Positions 12,301-22,636 of a stretch of DNA of 64,000 bases are shown piece by piece (the stretch's first letter is position 1; each line of letters begins with the position of its first letter). The stretch is from Styela clava (Eukaryota), in NCBI RefSeq assembly GCF_964204865.1, contig NC_135256.1:11346001-11410000 (forward strand), given 5' to 3'. The translations under genes and the position numbers were made by a program. Under the pieces are notes generated by a model. It saw only the letters and a program-made list of their open reading frames with translations, searched no databases and was not told the DNA's origin.

Positions 12301-14698
12301 AATATATTGCTAATGGAGTAAATCGATGTGTTTAAAATTGAATGAGTGAAGATTTAAGCTATTCAAATACTGTCAGCAATAACTAGCTACCTTACATCGA
12401 TTTCTTATTATTCACTAAAGAATTTTGCTTAAATCAATGTCATCTGAACTCATTCAGAAGTAAAGGGGAATCATCACTGAGCAAAGTTACATGATACTAC
12501 AAAAATACCAAGAGGTATCAATTCTCATTATGTAAATATCTTAAAATCAAAAAGTTAAGTATTTTCGTTATTACACAAATCAATCAATCGATATCTGGTT
12601 GTTAGTGCATTATCGAGCAAGAACCTTAAGCAGTTTTTATCCTATAATATCAATCAATTGGTAATTAGACAACAATAGTTAGTTATTGATCATCTACCTG
12701 TTGTTGAGGATATACTTTTGCAATTGGTATAGAAGATACATTAGCTGGATTAGGAGCTGGTATGTAAGTGATTCCTGGTCCACATGTCATCACTGTTACT
12801 TGACCGGTCGTGTGTACAGAAGTTGATGATGGAAAACTCGCTAAAGGCAATGAATAAGTAAATATTTACTCAGTTTCAATTCATATTCTAACGATAATAA
12901 AATCGTTTTATTCTGGAAATTTCGAGTTTACCTGTAGTAGTGCTTGCAGATGGCTGGCTGACAATTGTAGCAGAAACAGATAGTTTCTTAATCGCACTAT
13001 TTTGGCTGTGTATATTAGTTTGAAATCCAGGTGCTACCACTTGATAAATAGGCTTGTTACCTAAAAATAATGAACAATATATTTACAGAAGTCTTAAACT
13101 CTAGTTAATTTTGAATAGCTCAGATAACTCACCTGCGGAGAGTACAGGTGTGGCTGTAAGTGCATTCCTGTGAACTGCTTCTGGAGGAGGTATATTAGGT
13201 AGGGTTGGCAAAATACTGATGGTTGATTTCGTCTGCGGCAGATTGCCATGCCTGAAAATATAAAATAAAAAGACAAGTAAATCAGTTGAGCTTCAGATAT
13301 TGAGTTTTTATTTCCAATACAGTCAAAAAAAAATATTGAGAATAGTGGAAAAAACTGTACCAAAACATTTTGCTGAAATTGCATAAGCGACAGCATTTAT
13401 GTATATTTAAAAAAAACGTACTTCTTTGACAAATCATGAGGAGACATTGCCACAGTCGTTGATGTAGATGTCACTGCATTATTTTGGAATATGAGTTTTG
13501 TTTTTGACACTGTGACTGCAGCTGTTGCTGATGTATTCGACACTGGTGGTGTGTTGAGGTCTTGCTGATGGATTACCCATGAGTTCGTTGGAACTGGTAC
13601 TCGGGTAACATTTAAAGGTTGTGATGGATCGCCATATGTACCCGTTTTCGTGACTTGCCGTAATCCAGGACCAAGCAACACAGGAACAGACTAAAAGTAT
13701 AAGAAGTGTTTAGGTTGGAACAAAGTGAATCTCAAAACAGGAAACACATGAATATCAAATTTTTTTCCATAACCATTGCATTGAAAGTCGAAACATTACC
13801 TATATTTAGGGTTTAATAAGTATTAATATTGTTTATAAATGATAGTAATCAGAATTAGTCTAGATTGACCTTATTTATTTTCGATTCGATGACGAAATAG
13901 TAGTCAAAACAAGATTCCAAATTGTATTGAAAATTGGCCTATAAGATATTGATACTCACCTTTGCCATTGGCACTGGTTTAACATTAGCTTTCACGTGTG
14001 TGTCAACAGAAACTGCGTTTAGAGGTGTGCCTATTTTTTCAATGGAAGCATGACCAGAGTAAACTCTTGGTACAGCAACACTGCCTGCGCTGGGCTTATA
14101 ACCAGTGGATACCATTAATTGTGGTTTGGACCCAATTTGACGAGAAACTTGAAATCGGGTAGTAACTGCAGTCGACTAAAAACAGAAAATATCACATTTT
14201 TTGAAATAGTTTCAATTAGGGCTGTGAAATTTGGGAACATATATAAATGACTCTGTTATAAATGACAGTTATTAGAAAATTAAATTTTGAAAGCAAATTT
14301 GTGGCGAATGCAGGCCTGCTTTAATAGACTGTAAGGAATACTTGGTAAACATAATGCTTTTCAAGTTTCTGTTAATAATTTTGACTTCTTAATTATCACC
14401 CTTGAATGTATAAAATTCTAACTCCATGAAATTCAAAATTAGCTTTGAAAATGAGACTCTTCCGCCAGGCAAAACAAGCCAAATATAAATACTCACTAAA
14501 TTTAGTATTACTTACAATTAAAGCTGGTTGAATGATAGTAGCAGATGATGACTGTGTGGCTGGGTTGTGTTTGTCTCCAGGCGTCATCAAAGAGTATTGG
14601 CTTCTAGGTATAAACGGCGAACCTGGGGCAGGTGGGTTTGCAATAATAGCACCAGGACGTAATAATCGATTTGGCGTCGGTTGTTTGCTTTCTGTCAT
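3380..14698 (-). CDS. SAP130: Sin3A-associated protein SAP130, about 20 exons
   Basis: Long S/T/P-rich low-complexity exons, then SPKPAILRR (~10150-10180), SPRKRPRKQ (~6220-6245), NHYLHYSDVRVK (~5176-5215) and C-terminal LAQ|ANLQRCRVVSDQISEAKTMLLKCIDH. Last exon 3571-3380, stop TAG at 3380-3382. Start is uncertain: ATG 14698, or ATG 17038-17036 spliced in frame to the acceptor at 14833. Internal exon boundaries are approximate. Confidence 0.85.
3822..3890. mobile_element. hAT-type MITE end fragment
   Basis: CAGGAGTCGGCAACCTTTT...GGGCCA...GGCCAC resembles the left end of the 25432 element; no matching right end identified. Confidence 0.45.
7960..8241. mobile_element. hAT-type MITE remnant
   Basis: GTGGGCCGCAC and TTTGGCCTACGGGCCGCAGTTT resemble the right end of the 25432-25933 element (TTTGGCCCGCGGGTCGCAGTTTG). 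Confidence 0.5.
8686..9139. mobile_element. hAT-type MITE with tandemly duplicated left end
   Basis: Starts CAGGTTTCTCAAACT. A ~110-bp block (AACTGGGC..CCCCAAGTGGGCCA..GAGCTGTACTCTAAG..CCTTTTGC.ATGACTACAT) occurs at ~8690-8792 and again at ~8855-8960. Degenerate TTTGAGAGAAGCC end at ~9135. Confidence 0.6.
10986..11274. mobile_element. Helentron/HINE (DINE-1-like) non-autonomous element
   Basis: Hairpin TCGGTC-AGA-GACCGA (10996-11010), subterminal inverted pair TTATCGAT (11015) / ATCGATAA (11264), short (ACAG)n tract (~11224-11233), terminal hairpin TACTTACCGATT-AA-AATCGATAAGTA (11249-11274). No TSD seen. Confidence 0.6.
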
Positions 14699-15715
14699 TG
14701 TTACTTTATGAAATCCAATATCATCATTATAACAAAAGTTTATCATAAAACCTTTTGAGTGAAAAAATATGGTATTAGAGATTGAAGTTGATACAGACTT
14801 CGATACTTGACTCAATGAAAAGTTAGTTTCTTCCTGACAGAAAAACATTTGAATGAATGTAATTTTTTCCTCAGTGGCCTGGCCAAGTTATGTCCAATTA
14901 AAAACCGATATAAAAAATGAGCAATGAAGCATGGTATGCTATGCAAGTATTTTAATTCGAGTTGTTCCGACACAATATTGTAAAAAATCATATCAATGCA
15001 TCATGGGAGAACAGCATTAAACACTATTCGCCCCGAGGCAAAAAGACACAAAATATAGAATATATATAATAGTTGACAAGAAACATGCAATGGTTTCAGT
15101 CGACAGTATATTGTTGTTTTTCATTATGTGGTCTTCAAAAAAATTCAAATTAATATAAGATGACTAAAATTATAAACCTACAAAACCAATTTGTATACAA
15201 ATTTCAAATTGTTTATAGTTTTCAGTTGCTAGCTAGATGTACTAAGTATATATACCAAATTTCTCAAGCATATAATAGTCTCGCAGCAAAATTTTTTAAA
15301 TTGGATTTAATCCAAACCAATTGATAAATATAACTGATATTGTGGCATCAAAAACTATTTGTAAGGTGCTGGAAACCCTCAAATATATGAAACTAAATCA
15401 CATTTATATTATCCTCATTCTACACAAAAAATCCTGATGTAAGAAAAAGATAGTAGCAAGGCTGTGTTTTATCTGAAAGTGTCTCATTGCTCAATGTATA
15501 CATCTCCCAACTTCAGCTATCTCTTTTCAAAAGACTGAGAATGCCAATATCTTGATTGCTTAATCATGAATCAATATTTAGTCATTTAAAAAAGACTTGC
15601 CTGAACAAAAAAACAGAATGTACCCAAAAAATACACGAGTAGAAATAGAAAGATTAAAAGTGTAAAAAATTGATATTTTCATTTTATACCATATAGAAGG
15701 AATATATCCTGCGTA

Positions 15716-16361
15716 CAGGGTGGCCCAAAAGTAGGTATACAGTTATTGAACTATTTTATATGCTTTGAAGCTACTTGCAGTTCACTTTATGTTGCTCGTT
15801 AAGTACCACAAAAATTGCTTATTTTTTAGATAATAAATCTAGTGTGAATTTTACATTAGTTTTCTAGCTGCTTGGAAGGTAATACATTTGGTAAATCTTT
15901 ATTTTATTTGAGGGTTAATGGCGAATATTTAAGAGATTACCTTAACGAAGTCTTTCCTGCAGCGTTGGTTCGGAAGAAGGGGTGGCATTGAATGGCCACC
16001 ACGCTCACCTGATCTGACACTAATGGATTTCTTTTTTTGAGGTGTTGTAAAGAATAAGGTGTATGAGTAAAATCCCAAAACAATAAATGAATTAGAAGAT
16101 TACATTCATGACGCATTTAGAGAAATTGATGAAGATCGAAATTTGTGTCGTACTGTGTGTCAGAGTGTTTTGGACAGGTGTGAAGAATGTTGCAATGTTG
16201 GAGGAAGACATTTTGAGCACTTAAGAGATTAAACAGTTTCTGTCTACGATATAGCTAGCATTCTTAAACTTTAAAAATGCCTAAATGAGAACTACAAACC
16301 TACTTTTGGACCAAACCCTACTTTTAATAACTAACTGTATACCTACTTTTGGGCCACCCTG
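15716..16361 (+). mobile_element. Tc1/mariner-superfamily internally deleted transposon
   Basis: 30-bp TIR CAGGGTGGCCCAAAAGTAGGTATACAGTTA and its reverse complement, with TA on both sides. Confidence 0.93.
15925..16232 (+). pseudogene. Degenerate transposase C-terminus
   Basis: Translates RWFGRRGGIEWPPRSPDLTLMDFFF*GVVKNKVYE*NPKTINELEDYI...CCNVGGRHFEHL. WPPRSPDL is a Tc1/mariner-superfamily motif; internal stops present. Confidence 0.88.
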
Positions 16362-17399
16362 TATATGGATATCATCCTTCAAAAATGTTTTTTGAAAGGA
16401 TTTATTTTATTTTATAAGCTGGTGATTTTAAGATTATGCGTGTTCATAATATTATAATATAGGAATAGATGTGAAAATGCCAATATCGGTTATCATTATG
16501 GCATTTCAGGTTTCAAGTTCACCCAGAAAAAATTATACATTCGATTGTGTAGCTTTTTTTTTAAATTACCAGTATCCTGAAATTGAAAATATTTGTTGTT
16601 GAAATAGATATGAAATCAATGTTTAGTTTGAGATATTCGCTTAATCTATTTGAGTTGAAGTAGAATGACCTCTGCATCAAGATAGCAGAAGCCACAAAAC
16701 AATTTAACTTCGAATCTCATCAATACAGGTGAATTACTGTTTTTTGAATCCAATTAAATTAACAATTTGATTGAATTTTATATCTCTCTCTTAGTACATG
16801 TAGTTCAGAAATATGTAACTGTCGATAATAGACTTATAGACATGGTTTACTGCCACTGGACAACCATGGGTAATGGTCAGCTAGTATAAATATTATGCAT
16901 GTAAGCCATCAAATATTTCAATCCATATTATATGTTAGGTTTGTTCTATATACAGATATAACGTTACTTATATGAAAAACGTAACGAATACATAGCTAGA
17001 AAAATGTAAGATATTCAGAAAATTGCATTTGATTACCATCTTCAGATCTTACTCTATCATACCTAATCAATCGAAATAAAACAGATGGTTATAATTAGGC
17101 TGTTGCATAAGTCTGTAAGTGATATGCCAGTACCGGTACAGCACTAAGACCCATACAGTCATGCAGTCCTAACACAGTCCATCAGTACCGGTATTACTAT
17201 ATTATGTTGAATCTCCCAGCTCTAGGCTACATACAGACATAGAAAATAAATATATCATAGAGTCTAAGAGTAAAATGTAGCATCTTACTACATAAGCTCC
17301 ATGTGATTTACTTCCATCCAAAATCGAAACGAAGACAACCCAGCTTAAACTCAAGACGCGATACCAGTATTATCTCTTTTTCGAGCCTCCGTTAGATCA

Positions 17400-17830
17400 G
17401 CCGACAGTTTCACAAAATAAAAACTGTGACACTTCATTACGCAAGACAAAAGTAGTCTATTCAGAATACAAAAACTGACTAGAGTCAATATGAACCAATG
17501 GAAAACCTTTTTTACATGCGGCACAAAAGTAAATAAAAAACAATCTCGTTTTACAAATTTAAGCCGACAGCAAGCAGCCCTTCAAAAATATTCCGACTGG
17601 TACAACAACATGATTGTGGTGGGAGCCGTGCGCAAAAGATTGCAACCCCCGCCATACCATGTTTCCATTGGTTGATTTTGGTAGCAAAGCATTATTTCTA
17701 TTGGCCACTGGTGCGGAAACGTAACTCAGCCGTGAAAAAGAAAAAAGCGTCCCTCGCAAAAGACCGTCGCGACATAAAAACAGAATGGGCGGTTTGAAAG
17801 GATTGGGAAACCCTGAAGTGTAGACGTCGC
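17400..17830. promoter_or_regulatory. Putative promoter region of SAP130 (possibly bidirectional)
   Basis: Locally CpG-richer, ATTGG/CCAAT boxes (~17667, ~17700, ~17802), upstream of minus-strand donor-like sites at ~17287 and ~17035. Confidence 0.45.
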
Positions 17831-18397
17831 TATTTAGCGATGTTTTCGACTAGAGATTGTAATTGAAGTGCAATGGCATCGTAAATTGATGTCCTAGATT
17901 TGTATTAGGAGCGTAACTTAGTCATTTAGTATCGGGAATAGTCAGTTAAAGTGATGTATATATTGGAATTCGTTTGGTATTCTCAGTCGTCGATCCTCGA
18001 TACGGCCGAGCGATTTCGTTTTGAGGGTATGCGCGGGTTGCAGTATGTTTCGTCTGTTCTGATCTCAGATGTTTTTATTATTTTCTTTGCCGTCGCAATA
18101 TATCGTTAATACCGCGATTGATTTTACAAATAAATAATATTAATTAGACATTATATTTCTGTATTTAAGTTTAACCTATAACTTTATGATGCCATAAAAA
18201 CATCATTGGAAAAGCTGAAAAGGGACCTGTATTCAGATAATAATAAAATGGGAATTGTAAAAATAGGTAACTTATGTGGAAAGGTTACAGTTTCATCTGA
18301 ATCTTTCATAATGTTTGTGTATTCTACATATGCTGTTACATTTTGATGCAAATAAACAAAATTCATGTTCATGTGATTTTTATATGATTCTCATGAA

Positions 18398-19471
18398 TAG
18401 GGATGTAGCCATGTAGGTTTAAGAATTTCGAAGCGATTCGAATCAACATCAATTCGAAGCAATTTGAGAAAAAACAGCTTGATTCTATTTGAAAAAATAT
18501 TAATTTAGATAACACGAGGCGATTGCAAGACGCCGCAGTGTTGTCTTGTTGAACAATAACATTCATTTTCTCTACGCTTACAGCGTTCCCAAGTCTTAAC
18601 ACTCCGGGGGTTGTTATATTTCATATGGGTCGCCGCCTCAGAGGAACCAATGGTTTCGTTAAATTGTTTTTAGACTATTCAAAATGTCAGGAAGTTAAAC
18701 GAATATGTTATTATATGAACAAGTATTTAAATTACCTAAGTTATATAATGTCATCATATTAACAACAATATTTGCAATAAAACATAGGTCTGCGATGCTT
18801 CCCTCGTTATCATTTGCTTTCTTTAAAATCACGGCGCAAGCAATATTAACGCATATTTCACTGACGTTTATCATTTGAATGAATTTTAGAAGAAACCATC
18901 TCTATACATCCTATATTGTTTGCGAACATAAATTACTGTAATAAGTAAATATAACTGAGTGTAACTCTATATAGAAATAATGGGGCTCCCGAAGTATGCG
19001 AACCAAGATGGCGGACATCGGAATGTAATATGTGTACCAGGTTAGAGTTAGGCCATAATTTTAGGTATAAATACTACGGGAGGCTCTTGGCTAGTATTCG
19101 AACTGATAATAGGACTAGAATAAGGAAAATTGGAAAAAAATTATCGCCTAACCCTAACCTGTTACCCATGTTACGTTCCGATGTCCGCCATCTTGGTTCG
19201 CATACTTCGGGAGCACCGAAATAATACATATCCTCTAATATATTATGTAGTTCAAGCATCAATTTAATGTTTTCTTCTACTAACTTCACTCATTCCTCAA
19301 GTTCATTATTGTTATTTAATCACCCTTTATGCTATAGTTCTTTTAAATCCAAGGAGAGTTAACGATAATATGATGTTATACTAAATAGAATCAGATTCAA
19401 AAATATTCGAATCGGAACATTTCGATTCGGAATTCGCTTCAAAAATAAAATATTCGAAACTTACATCCCTA
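18398..19471. mobile_element. hAT (Ac-like TIR) non-autonomous element containing a nested MITE
   Basis: TIR TAGGGATGTA/TACATCCCTA; 8-bp TSD CTCATGAA (18390-18397) / CTTATGAA (19472-19479); subterminal TTCGAA/ATTCG repeats at both ends. Confidence 0.8.
18982..19217. mobile_element. Palindromic MITE family A, copy 1 (GG termini, 8-bp TSD; Merlin-like)
   Basis: ~80-bp inverted arms GG(G/T)GCTCCCGAAGTATGCGAACCAAGATGGCGGACATCGGAA...GGTTAG(A/G)GTTAGGC; perfect TSD GAAATAAT (18974-18981, 19218-19225). Confidence 0.93.
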
Positions 19472-19839
19472 CTTATGAACTAACTCCTTCAACGCATAAA
19501 CATGTACATATTTTCTATCAAAATATTATCCTTTTTTCATCGCTGATGCTATATGTGATTGCCAGACTGTATTTCATGGCTTTTTTTCACGAGAAAGCAA
19601 ACGTGCAATCACAGATTCCCGGCGTGCAACTTCTATTGAAACCGCATGAAAACCGAGTTTCTTAGCGTGCAACTGACAGAATTAACTTGTTTAAAATAAA
19701 CAAGTGTAAAATTATTTAAACGGAACATCCCAACTGTGGCTTTGACGCTTGGGTTTCGGTGTGTTTGGGAAATTGTAAAAGCTTTGACATGAGGCGATTG
19801 CGAGAATAAAATAATATGCAAAGTTAATAACAATTCCGA

Positions 19840-19856
19840 GGTGGAAGTGACGTAAA
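19840..19856 (+). promoter_or_regulatory. ETS-CRE composite motif, candidate GPS2 promoter element
   Basis: GGAAGTGACGTAA about 570 bp upstream of the GPS2 ATG, followed by a possible donor (AG|GTTAAA ~19938) and an acceptor TTAACAG at ~20398. Confidence 0.4.
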
Positions 19857-20419
19857 AATGTTAAATAAAGATTAGGATGTGGGGGCTTTAGACTTCTTAA
19901 CTAAGATTAAAGCTTTATACTTAACTAAGGAATCGTAGGTTAAAATTTCTGGTTCAAATTCCATGCTAACCACCCATGGTGTGATAAAATGAGTATGCCA
20001 TGCACGGAAAGATTCCATTTTTTTCTAAAATAGCGACTTACATATCAGTGGCTGCTATGGAAAAGTCTTGTTTGGAGCGAAAGGCATAAATATGTGGTAT
20101 AAAAAAATTAGATATACTGTTACCTTACACAAACTAAGTTTGCCAACCTCCTTATTCGTGCTTTTCTAACATTATTATCTGACCAGGATGACTGAGATTT
20201 TCTAAAAAGTTACTTATTATCTGACTGTTTTTTAAACTTGAATTAGAAATATCAAATCTGTTAAAATTACGCCTAAAAGAAATACGATTCGCGAAGTTGC
20301 TCTTTCAATCACGTTGAGTTGAACATTCTATCGCGTTAAGTTGGTTCGTTTATGTGAACAAAAACAAGTTTTTCATTAAATTTTAATTTTATTAACAGGT
20401 TAATATTTGTAAACCAATA

Positions 20420-21475
20420 ATGCCCTCTTTGGTTGAAAGAGAGGAGATGTCTGAGCCTATGAAGGAAGCCCTTAGGCGGCATGTTGTTCGAGAGAGAGAA
20501 AAACGAATGCGGGAAGAAAAGGAGGCTGAGAAAGACTTTGAACGGCGTGCTAAAATAGAAGAAGAAAGGAGAAGGAAAGAAGAGGAAGATAGCGTCACAT
20601 TGGAACAAATAAAAGATCAACTGTCAAGTTTGCACAAAAAACATGAGACTTTGAAAGACGAGAAACACCAGCTTTTTTGTCAATTGAAGAAAGTTCTTCA
20701 AGAGGAAGAAAGAAAAAAGCAAAAAATAAAAGAACAAACCGAAATGGTTGCATCCAGTCATGGCCATTATTCACATTCTTTATCCAACATGAGCAATTAC
20801 CAAATGATGCAAGGAGGACATTACCAACACCACCAGGCAATGCCATATCTATCATTACCTGGTCGTCAATCGTCCCCTCGTATTCATCCTAGTTTGAGAC
20901 ATTCAATGAATCCGCAGACTTCCCCAGCCCCTCACCAAGGTGTCAAGAGACCACATAGTCCCGCATCACCCCAACCAAGCCCTATACAAATGTATCAGAG
21001 AGCGAGTATGGCTGCGTCTGGCCACCTGCCGACAGCGCCTCAGCACTCAAAATATGATCACGCTTTTAGTGCTCACCCTTCAAGTCACTTTTCCTTATCA
21101 GGCCTGACTAATCCCCCAACAACACAACATGGTAGCATTCATGGAACACCATCACGTCATATAAGCGTTTTACATGGCACTCCACCAACCGCTCGATCAA
21201 ATGATCAGAGGTCACCATACAATTCTTTATCATTGGATAAACAGCTTGAAATGGCCAGTCAAAAATCGGGTTTCGGAGATGATTCTGGTTCACTATCTTC
21301 TCCCGGTAGACGATCTATGATACGAATGCTGCCGCAAGGACCACTGATACCCCAACAAGTCACTCAGGGTTCCAGATCAAGATCGGGATCACCGGGTAGA
21401 TATCAAGGACATCCTGAAAAACCTCATAGCCCATTTCATGTTGCAAATCCATTGTCTGGTTCAAGATATTATTGA
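20420..21475 (+). CDS. GPS2: G protein pathway suppressor 2 (NCoR/SMRT-HDAC3 subunit), single coding exon, 351 aa
   Basis: N-terminus MPSLVEREEMSEPMKEALRRHVVREREKR...EKHQLFCQLKKVLQEEERKK matches the GPS2 coiled coil; P/Q/H/S-rich tail ending RYY. Confidence 0.92.
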   Translation: MPSLVEREEMSEPMKEALRRHVVREREKRMREEKEAEKDFERRAKIEEERRRKEEEDSVTLEQIKDQLSSLHKKHETLKDEKHQLFCQLKKVLQEEERKKQKIKEQTEMVASSHGHYSHSLSNMSNYQMMQGGHYQHHQAMPYLSLPGRQSSPRIHPSLRHSMNPQTSPAPHQGVKRPHSPASPQPSPIQMYQRASMAASGHLPTAPQHSKYDHAFSAHPSSHFSLSGLTNPPTTQHGSIHGTPSRHISVLHGTPPTARSNDQRSPYNSLSLDKQLEMASQKSGFGDDSGSLSSPGRRSMIRMLPQGPLIPQQVTQGSRSRSGSPGRYQGHPEKPHSPFHVANPLSGSRYY

Positions 21476-22636
21476 TAATGCAACCATAGACAACTAGTTA
21501 AACTGTGATTGTTCATGATTTTCAATTGTGGCATTTTTAGCTAATTCATTGTACTTGTATTTCGTCTCATCTGTATGAAGACTAAAAACTCCAAAATGTC
21601 GAGACTTCTGGTAGACTGGTCATATGAATGTTATCCATTTTCAATATTTCTTTATACAAAAAAAAAGCTATTTCTTGCTTCTAAATTCATAAAGTTTCAA
21701 ATTATATAATCTTGACTGTGGGTTCTCAAGAAATTAGACAGATTTTAAGACGATTGAATACAGATGGTCAGAGTTATTGTTTTTCTATTAGTTTGCAATA
21801 TTTGTTTTATGTCAAATTTTTCATTTTTGTCAAGTTTCTTTAGGATTTTAATTCAAAATAAATCTGTTCAGGTAATTTGAAGTCAAAATGTATTTTGCAT
21901 CAGAGTTATAGAATGATAAGCTATTCTGATATTTTATATCATAAGTTTAGATTTCATTTTTCGATTGTCTCATATGTCACAGTGAGTCATCATCAGTTTG
22001 TGAATTAAAATTCTTGATCACTGTGTGTACTAACTTTGTCACACTCTTGTGTGATGTCACACAAATGTATCATTTATCTAAATTTGGAGAGTTATGTCTG
22101 ACAGCCCTCAGACTTACTCTAAGGAAACTTTATTGTCATGTTATATCTGTCTGTGACATCTTTCGTTTTGAGTTTTGTTATTCATTGGAATAATTCTACC
22201 GAAACCTGGTCTAATCAATCTTTTATGAAATATCACATTTGGCTTGTATTGCATGTCCCACATAAATTGTAATAATCAATATTCCAATATTATCACTGGT
22301 AACTGTTGGTAAACTGCCTGCCTGAGGAAGTCTGATTTGGTCGAATAAATGTTGTAAAATGTTATGCAGGAATTTTGGCCAGTCATTATTGGAATGTATT
22401 CATAATAGCTATTTTGGTGTTTCATGGACTCTTGCTAAAGTCATGTTCTTGTCCAGTTTCAGAGCTATTCTCGATCTATATTTTTCCTTGAATAACTTTC
22501 CTAATGTGTTCCGTGTTTCTTTTTTGTCTATATTACTGCGATTATTGTACTTGATATATTATACCAATAAAAAAGCCGCTTCTTAAAGTTTTCAGCATAA
22601 ATAGCTCTGTTGCTTAATTAGTTGTCTGTTACACCC

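Noticed and set aside
18482-18497. ATTCTATTTGAA resembling the start of the Ciona spliced leader
   Set aside because: Only 12 nt match, not followed by TAAG|GT, lies inside a hAT element, and is easily explained by AT richness.
19146-19160. TTAGGG/CCCTAA repeats as interstitial telomere or chromosome-fusion scars
   Set aside because: Only about two units each, always at a fixed position inside MITE arms.
19030-19289. Similar short ORFs (PEVCEPRW..) at 19030/19074, 31256 and 49562/49686 resembling a small-protein family
   Set aside because: They are translations of the palindromic MITE copies, bounded by TIRs and TSDs.
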